Below, piece by piece: positions 58,107-64,000 of a stretch of DNA of 64,000 nucleotides. The stretch lies in UHGV virus genome UHGV-0036582. One strand, given 5' to 3'. A program made the position numbers and the translations under genes. The stretch is from a virus. Position 1 is the first letter of the stretch. Each line of letters begins with the position of its first letter. The notes under the pieces are model-generated. The model was given only the letters and a program-made list of their open reading frames with translations, searched no databases and was not told where the DNA came from.

Positions 58107-58199
58107 CGGTTGTTAGTGCATATGCATTGACCGTCTCTGCGTAAGCAATTTATGTAACCAGAAAACAATTTGTTTTGACAAATAGCAAAAGGAAAACAC

Positions 58200-58625
58200 A
58201 TGTTAGGTTTCTTCAAAAAGAAAACTCGTAAAGCTGTTATCGAAGTCAAAAAAATGGAGAACCGTGATGCGGTTGAGGCCACCGTGTGGGGCGCGTACAT
58301 GATCTCCTATGCCGACGGCACATGTGACGCAAAAGAAATTGCCATTCTTGAGAAGACAATTGCAGCTCTGCCTGCGTTTTCTCCGTTTGCTGGTGAAATT
58401 GCCCAAATGAGCGCCAATATCCGTGCTCGTTACGAAGCGTCCCCTCGTTCTGCTAATGCACAGGCTATTCGTGAGCTGTCTGATATTGCGGGTACTCCAG
58501 AGGCGGTCGATGTTCTGTGTCTGTGCCTTGATATTGCCGATCAGGACGGCATTGGTGAACAAGAAGAGCAGGCACTGAAAAAGATCGCCCAGGCGCTTCA
58601 GTTGTCACTGGATGCTTATCTCTAA
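58200..58625 (+). CDS. TerB-like domain protein
   Basis: 141 aa; helical protein with paired acidic motifs (SYADGTCDAKE and DIADQDGIGEQEE) resembling the TerB fold; conserved leader aaaaggaaaacacATG. Confidence 0.4.
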   Translation: MLGFFKKKTRKAVIEVKKMENRDAVEATVWGAYMISYADGTCDAKEIAILEKTIAALPAFSPFAGEIAQMSANIRARYEASPRSANAQAIRELSDIAGTPEAVDVLCLCLDIADQDGIGEQEEQALKKIAQALQLSLDAYL

Positions 58626-58783
58626 TGCTTGAGAGATTCCGGCTTGTGATCGTCATTGCTCTTCTGGTGATGGCGGTGTTGGTGGATTTTACGGGAAAGA
58701 TGATGTCTGTCATTTCTGATGGCGTCCTCATTGGTTTGGCGATCTACTTCGCTTATCCGTTAGTTCGTAAAGCAAAGTGTTAA
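58625..58783 (+). CDS. Small two-TM membrane protein translationally coupled to the TerB-like gene
   Basis: 52-aa ORF below the ORF-track cutoff; start overlaps the upstream stop (TAATG); MLERFRLVIVIALLVMAVLVDF...VLIGLAIYFAYPLV. Confidence 0.35.
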   Translation: MLERFRLVIVIALLVMAVLVDFTGKMMSVISDGVLIGLAIYFAYPLVRKAKC

Positions 58784-58785
58784 TG

Positions 58786-58812
58786 ACAAGGGCCAAATGG
58801 CCCTTGTGTTTC
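58786..58812 (+). terminator. Rho-independent terminator
   Basis: acaagggcc-aaat-ggcccttgt then gtttcg. Confidence 0.65.
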
Positions 58813-58922
58813 GTTGACCGAAATAGAGAGTTTGCACCTTTACGTTTAGCTTGCTCCCCTTTTATGCCACATCACAATAAAGCCAATAAGAAAACAACTT
58901 GTTTAAGCATTAGGAAAAACAC

Positions 58923-59492
58923 ATGTGCAAGAAATGCAAAGCGATAGCTGATGAACAAAACGCCTTATTCGAAGAAATGGATGCTAATGAACTGGTCAAA
59001 ATGTTAGCCATTCTTCGAGGAATAGAAGACGTTTCCATATTTGAGAGAGTGGTTACAGCACTTAATTTTGAGTCCACCTTTGAAGAGCCAACTCAGGTTG
59101 TAGCTTTAGCACATCATTTCGGTGTTCATTATCTTGCTGAAAAAGAGCGCGCTGATAAGTTGCAGGCGACTTTGGATATGGTGAGCGAGACTCAACGAAC
59201 TGATGACACTAACAAGAGTGAGGCGATTATTGCCAGCAAAGATCGTGAAATTGCTGGGCTTAAATCCTCTCTAACGATGTTGATGTCTGCGTTCAATCTT
59301 ATGTCTTCTCAGGCGGGTTATAAAATGCCATCACTAAACAGCGATGATCCGATGGCCGTTCGTCAGCTTTTGGGAGCAATGGCCGACCAACTCGACGACA
59401 CAAAGAGTCGGCTTGAAGACATGATGCGTGAGTTAAGCCATCGACATAACCTCGCAACACAGCCACACAAAGCCTTTCAAAGCTCTAATTGA
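58923..59492 (+). CDS. Hypothetical protein
   Basis: 189-aa ORF with leader ggaaaaacacATG. Confidence 0.45.
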   Translation: MCKKCKAIADEQNALFEEMDANELVKMLAILRGIEDVSIFERVVTALNFESTFEEPTQVVALAHHFGVHYLAEKERADKLQATLDMVSETQRTDDTNKSEAIIASKDREIAGLKSSLTMLMSAFNLMSSQAGYKMPSLNSDDPMAVRQLLGAMADQLDDTKSRLEDMMRELSHRHNLATQPHKAFQSSN

Positions 59493-59547
59493 TCTGATAT
59501 GGCCGCATGATCGGCCATATTGTGTTGATAAAAAACAAGGATGAAAA

Positions 59548-59829
59548 ATGGCATACGGTACAGGGATTTACAACAATAAAGGAATTAACGTTACTGGCTT
59601 CCTTACTCCTATTTTTTTTCTTGATCGATTTACGGCGTCATCAGGCTCTAAGACGTACTCCAATCCGCCACCGGGTAAATCGCTACATGCCGTGTGGTCA
59701 TTGATGCCTCTTAACAACGACAACTACATTAATTTACCTGTTCCAACAGTTACTATTAATGGAAATACGGTTAGTTGGTCAAATTTATATACGGGGCTTG
59801 GTTCTTACATATACACATACTGGGGATAA
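59548..59829 (+). CDS. Hypothetical Asn/Tyr/Gly-rich protein (AT-rich gene)
   Basis: 93-aa ORF; lower GC than the surrounding genes. Confidence 0.4.
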   Translation: MAYGTGIYNNKGINVTGFLTPIFFLDRFTASSGSKTYSNPPPGKSLHAVWSLMPLNNDNYINLPVPTVTINGNTVSWSNLYTGLGSYIYTYWG

Positions 59830-59831
59830 TT

Positions 59832-60446
59832 ATGTTCGGGATGTCAATTACTCAATCAGATGGAAGTTTGTGGATGAGTCCAGAATTTACTCCGCAAAAT
59901 CTGATTAATAAAGGGACAATGTCTACATCTAAAGGTTCTGTTTTTCAAACATCAATCCCATCAAACAAATCATGCTTTTTCTTCATAAAAAGCAGTAATA
60001 AGGCGAACATGATGTTTATTCATGAGCATAGTAACGGATACAATGCTCTCAGATTGCATCAGGTAAATGGTAGCCCCGGAACAATAACAGTTTATGCTTT
60101 TTCTGATATGGTGTTACCACATTCTGGCTATGGCATTGCCATGTATAACAGCGCAGGCGCAATGGTGTATCACGGTGAGATGATGCCCCTTGATGCGAAA
60201 CTTATCACTATTTCGGACCCTCAATTTACCATAGATGTGGGGTATCCGTGTGCGGTAATGCCTGCTATGGTTGGGGTTTATAACTATAGACGAACCGATT
60301 ACGACAGACCTGTCTATGTAACTATGACCGGTGCAACTGGAAACCAAGTATATAACGGTCAATGGTATTCCGGTAATGTCACATGGGATATTAAGAAGAT
60401 TTATACAAACAAAATCCTGGTTATAAATACCTCAAAGTATGATTAG
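59832..60446 (+). CDS. Hypothetical protein (AT-rich gene)
   Basis: Start set at the ATG at 59832, directly after the previous stop; 204 aa. Confidence 0.4.
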   Translation: MFGMSITQSDGSLWMSPEFTPQNLINKGTMSTSKGSVFQTSIPSNKSCFFFIKSSNKANMMFIHEHSNGYNALRLHQVNGSPGTITVYAFSDMVLPHSGYGIAMYNSAGAMVYHGEMMPLDAKLITISDPQFTIDVGYPCAVMPAMVGVYNYRRTDYDRPVYVTMTGATGNQVYNGQWYSGNVTWDIKKIYTNKILVINTSKYD

Positions 60447-60508
60447 CAAATACCTTTATTTAAAGGATTGCCTGTTAATTTCTATTTAGCACCTTTTCAT
60501 TTTTGAAA

Positions 60509-60550
60509 TAATTGCACCATTAAACAAATCTTTTCTTAATGGTGCAATTA
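60509..60550 (+). promoter_or_regulatory. Perfect 15-bp-stem hairpin covering the translation-initiation region of the methyltransferase gene
   Basis: taattgcaccattaa ... ttaatggtgcaatta; the right arm ends at the A of the ATG at 60550. Confidence 0.5.
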
Positions 60551-62235
60551 TGAATACAGCTCTTTCCATCATCGACGATGCCAACTCAAACACTGCTATC
60601 GATTATCGTCAGGAAATGAACGTCATCCACGAAATTGTGGCCGAGTGCGAGAAGGAGATCGCCTTCATGTATCAGGTTCACGACTTCGTTTATGGAGACG
60701 AACGCCACAACATGATTAATCGCCTGCTGCAACTGAACCACCGACCAGATGAAGAACGCTCACGTTTGAATCGAGCTTGGCTGGATAAAGTCGATCTGGA
60801 ATGGGTGAAACAGAATATTTGGGCCGAGTACTGGAGGAAGGTCACGGATATGACTAACGTTCTGCTGATCATGCCAGCTTCCCGTCGCGACGAGTGGCGT
60901 GAGCAGTTTATCGAGGGTAAGCAGGAAGTCATCAAAACTGACAGAACCGGCTATCAGATGAAGGTAAAAGAGTTCGTTGGTGTACCGGAGTTCAAAGCAG
61001 AAACGGTCATACCCACGATGCTTAATTTGCTGAATGACAGGCACAAATATCTCTCTGAGCGCGTGTATGGCTTGTTTAAGGCGCTGAGTCCTGCGCACAA
61101 GACAAATAAGACAAACGGTTTCAGCGAACGTCTGATAATCGCTGACTGCATTTCTGATTTCTGGCGGGACAGCGTTAGTGTGAACTATCGCAAAGAGGAC
61201 TATATCGACGATCTGCGTGTCTTGCTTCATTTCTTCGCGCACAAAGAATTTATTACCATCAACCGCACTGCTGAGGTGCTATCAGCTGCGTATCGGGCAA
61301 ACGACTGCCAGACCGGTGACTGGATGAACGTCGATGGAAATCTGATGCGCGTGAAGATGTTCAAGAACGGCAACGTTCACTTTGAAATACATCCTGACGT
61401 GGCCTGGAAGTTGAATGAGGTGCTGGCTTACAGTATGCCTGCTGCAATCCCCGCGCCATGTCGCACCGCGCCAAAAACACGGGCACCAAAGCAGTTCGGG
61501 TTAATCCAGAAGACGATCTCCGTGCCGGTTCGCACTGCGCTTCGTGACGGGCGATTGAGCAAAGACAAAGGCGTATGGTACTTCTCTGATTCAGCTCTCC
61601 AGAAGTCGCAGGTGGAAGAGCTTGAGCGCACACTGAGCTTCATTGGCGGCGTGCAGGAGAAAAAGCACTGGCAGTTCCCGTATGACATCGTCCATACGCT
61701 AAATACGATTGTGGCTACCGGTTTAATACCGGATACAAAATCACACCAGTTCTACCCTACCCCACGCTTGATTGCTGAGTACGTTGCCAGAGCCACTGAA
61801 TTGAAGTCTGGTGAGAAGCTGCTGGAGCCTCAAGCCGGACGTGGGGATCTTCTGGCCTATATTAACGCCGATCTGGAAGATGTTACCTGCATAGAAATCG
61901 CACCTCTCTTCGCTGATATCCTGCGTGGAAAAGGGTATACGAACACGATTTGCTGCGACTTCATAAAGTGGTCTGAGGACAACGTAGGTTATCAGTTCGA
62001 CAAAATCGTTATGAACCCGCCGTATTCGCTTGGTCGTCATAGAGAGCACACGCTGGCTGCGCTGGGGCATCTGAAAGTCGGCGGGCGTCTTGTAGCAGTA
62101 TTGCCGGGCACTGCGCCAATACTGGACTGGATGACGATGGATAATTACGTTTATGCCAGAGGGAAGTCGTTTACCAACGAGTTTGAAGACACAGGGATCA
62201 CAGTCAGCGTATACGTTTTCAAACGCGTTAAATGA
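60550..62235 (+). CDS. Orphan DNA methyltransferase (N6-adenine type) fused to a large N-terminal domain of unknown function
   Basis: C-terminal 150 aa carry QFYPTPRLIAEYV, SAM-binding LLEPQAGRGDLL and catalytic IVMNPPY; the N-terminal 400 aa or so have no recognisable motif. Confidence 0.7.
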   Translation: MNTALSIIDDANSNTAIDYRQEMNVIHEIVAECEKEIAFMYQVHDFVYGDERHNMINRLLQLNHRPDEERSRLNRAWLDKVDLEWVKQNIWAEYWRKVTDMTNVLLIMPASRRDEWREQFIEGKQEVIKTDRTGYQMKVKEFVGVPEFKAETVIPTMLNLLNDRHKYLSERVYGLFKALSPAHKTNKTNGFSERLIIADCISDFWRDSVSVNYRKEDYIDDLRVLLHFFAHKEFITINRTAEVLSAAYRANDCQTGDWMNVDGNLMRVKMFKNGNVHFEIHPDVAWKLNEVLAYSMPAAIPAPCRTAPKTRAPKQFGLIQKTISVPVRTALRDGRLSKDKGVWYFSDSALQKSQVEELERTLSFIGGVQEKKHWQFPYDIVHTLNTIVATGLIPDTKSHQFYPTPRLIAEYVARATELKSGEKLLEPQAGRGDLLAYINADLEDVTCIEIAPLFADILRGKGYTNTICCDFIKWSEDNVGYQFDKIVMNPPYSLGRHREHTLAALGHLKVGGRLVAVLPGTAPILDWMTMDNYVYARGKSFTNEFEDTGITVSVYVFKRVK

Positions 62236-62296
62236 TAGGTAAATACTTACCTAATTTGTGTAAGAATGTAGTTACTAAACGATAAGAGAAAAACAC

Positions 62297-63001
62297 ATGA
62301 ACAACCTCCAGTTAGAGCATTTTAACGTCACAGGCCATTCTGATTTTCCTTTCAAGTTTACATTGAAAGGTTATGCAGAGGATGCGGTAGGCCAGATCAT
62401 TATTGATAAAGGCATCGTTAAGTTTGAGGGGGATTTTGATGAATCCGCGAAAACATTCATAGACTTCGTTGCCAAACGTTGGAGCGAGCAATGGAAAAAC
62501 CTGGAAAAGCGCGCCAATGAGTTTGATCGGTTCATGGATGCAATGGATACAGCAAAAGAGGCTCTTGATGCCGGGACTCCGTTAGATCTGGAGTCACTTT
62601 TCAACGGCGAAGTGGCCTCTGCGATGTTTGCCACCATGTTCGCGGGTGAGTTCGTCCGCAGCGGTGCCAAAAACTACCTTGAGCTGGATTACAACGTCCC
62701 TGCAATTGGCGATTTCGTCGTTACCATCCAACGCAAAGAAGGTAAGACGCCAGGTGAACGCGTCGCAGAGCTTGAGGCCGTTGTGGATCAGCGTAACGGA
62801 GAGTGTGACCGTTTGATCAACGAGCTTCATGCACTTCGGGAAGAAAGAATATGTGCGGGTAGCAATACACGTAATGCAGCGGATATCTACTTCCAGTTAG
62901 TTGAGGAATGCCAGATTCCACCAGGTGGCTCTCTTGTCGATTACGTCAGACATTTAATGGCGGAAGTTAACTCCAGCCATAAAGATGGTGAGGTGCGCTG
63001 A
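62297..63001 (+). CDS. Hypothetical protein
   Basis: 234-aa ORF with leader gagaaaaacacATG. Confidence 0.45.
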   Translation: MNNLQLEHFNVTGHSDFPFKFTLKGYAEDAVGQIIIDKGIVKFEGDFDESAKTFIDFVAKRWSEQWKNLEKRANEFDRFMDAMDTAKEALDAGTPLDLESLFNGEVASAMFATMFAGEFVRSGAKNYLELDYNVPAIGDFVVTIQRKEGKTPGERVAELEAVVDQRNGECDRLINELHALREERICAGSNTRNAADIYFQLVEECQIPPGGSLVDYVRHLMAEVNSSHKDGEVR

Positions 63002-63381
63002 TGTTTGGCATTGACGCACAGCGTATAGCCGCTTTTGCAAAAAGCCCTCTTGATAATCCCTTGTCTCGTAGTGAGCAAATGGAGCTGGCAAGGCTTTTTC
63101 TTCACATTCAAAAACAGGCAGACATTTTCAATAACATGCCTAATCAACCTATTCTGGATGGTCACATCCAGATGGTCATTAACAGTCATGAGAAAGGCTG
63201 GGCTGCAATCGTCCCCTGCACAATTACATACAAGTTGGCGAAAGAGGTTCAAGAGTTTCGAAAAGCCAGTGTCGAATCGGAGTCTACCAAAGCCGCAATA
63301 AACACTCTTATTCGCATGGGGTTCACATGGACCGGTGGAGCCTACTGGCAAGCACCTCACCCCATTTTATCCGGCAATTAG
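63001..63381 (+). CDS. Hypothetical protein
   Basis: 126-aa ORF overlapping the previous stop. Confidence 0.45.
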   Translation: MFGIDAQRIAAFAKSPLDNPLSRSEQMELARLFLHIQKQADIFNNMPNQPILDGHIQMVINSHEKGWAAIVPCTITYKLAKEVQEFRKASVESESTKAAINTLIRMGFTWTGGAYWQAPHPILSGN

Positions 63382-63500
63382 ACGCTACAAATCCTTCGGC
63401 ATGAATAAATAAAGGCCATAAGTTGTGGCCTTAAATAAATTGTTTTCTACCTTTTCTTATTTGTGAAAATAACCACAACTAGAAAACAACGGAGTTAAGA

Positions 63501-64000
63501 ATGTCTAGTATTTCCGAAGCTCATATGTTCGCCGCTGGCGCTCATGGTGGCGTTGGTCAGAAAAGAAAATATACCGGCGAAGACTACATCAACCACCCGG
63601 TTGCTGTCCGAGAGATTGTTGCATTGCATGACGGAACCGTGGAGATGCAAATCGCGGCGCTTCTGCATGATGTGGTCGAAGACACCCATGTAACCATAGA
63701 GATGGTTCGTGATCACTTCGGTGAGCGCGTAGCTGAAATGGTTCAGGCTCTGACCAACATTGCAAGGCCAGAAGACGGCAATCGAATACAGCGTTTCATC
63801 ATCAATGTCCGGGAGCTGGAGCAAAATCTCGACATGCAGACGCGCATGATCAAGCTGGCTGACCTGCTCGACAATACCTCTTCTATCGTGAGTCGCGATC
63901 CCGAGTTTTCAGCTGTCTACCTCGCAGAGAAAGAACTGATGCTGGACGTACTCTTTCACGGCAAAGAGATTGGTGCCAATGCTGATGTTGTCGAGTACAT
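63501..64000 (+). CDS. HD-domain hydrolase of the RelA/SpoT type (small alarmone hydrolase-like), 3'-truncated by the window edge
   Basis: Not in the ORF track because it runs off the window. ATG at 63501; translation MSSISEAHMFAAGAHGGVGQKRKYTGEDYINHPVAVREIVALHDGTVEMQIAALLHDVVEDT...KLADLLDN matches the HD pyrophosphohydrolase signature. Confidence 0.6.
   Translation, partial: MSSISEAHMFAAGAHGGVGQKRKYTGEDYINHPVAVREIVALHDGTVEMQIAALLHDVVEDTHVTIEMVRDHFGERVAEMVQALTNIARPEDGNRIQRFIINVRELEQNLDMQTRMIKLADLLDNTSSIVSRDPEFSAVYLAEKELMLDVLFHGKEIGANADVVEY

Overview
The window reads as one contiguous 64-kb segment of a large tailed-phage genome that also carries plasmid-type maintenance functions. Gene content suggests an SSU5/pHCM2-like phage-plasmid, but that is an inference from memory of the family, not a database search. 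All calls come from reading the ORF translations and the DNA by eye; no homology search, tRNA scan or fold computation was run. Layout, left to right: the 3' part of a tail fibre gene (window starts inside it), a lysis cassette with overlapping spanins, a ParA/RHH partition pair, a GIY-YIG protein, a replication block (DnaB-like helicase, primase, ligase), four tRNAs, an AT-rich membrane protein, glutaredoxin, a tyrosine recombinase with a loxP-like site, a vWA/AAA+ pair, DnaE-type polymerase, SSB-like protein, 5'-3' exonuclease, RecA-like recombinase, an accessory block of small genes, an iteron-flanked rep gene, SbcCD, RuvC-like resolvase, NrdAB, thymidylate synthase, DHFR, DnaQ-like exonuclease, two orphan DNA methyltransferases, RNase H, and a partial HD-domain hydrolase at the right edge. 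The most interesting signals are the low-GC membrane protein at the tRNA/recombinase junction, a palindromic intergenic motif repeated at least 16 times, the iteron origin, and several accessory membrane or secreted modules of unknown function. No rRNA, CRISPR array or obvious transposase was found.
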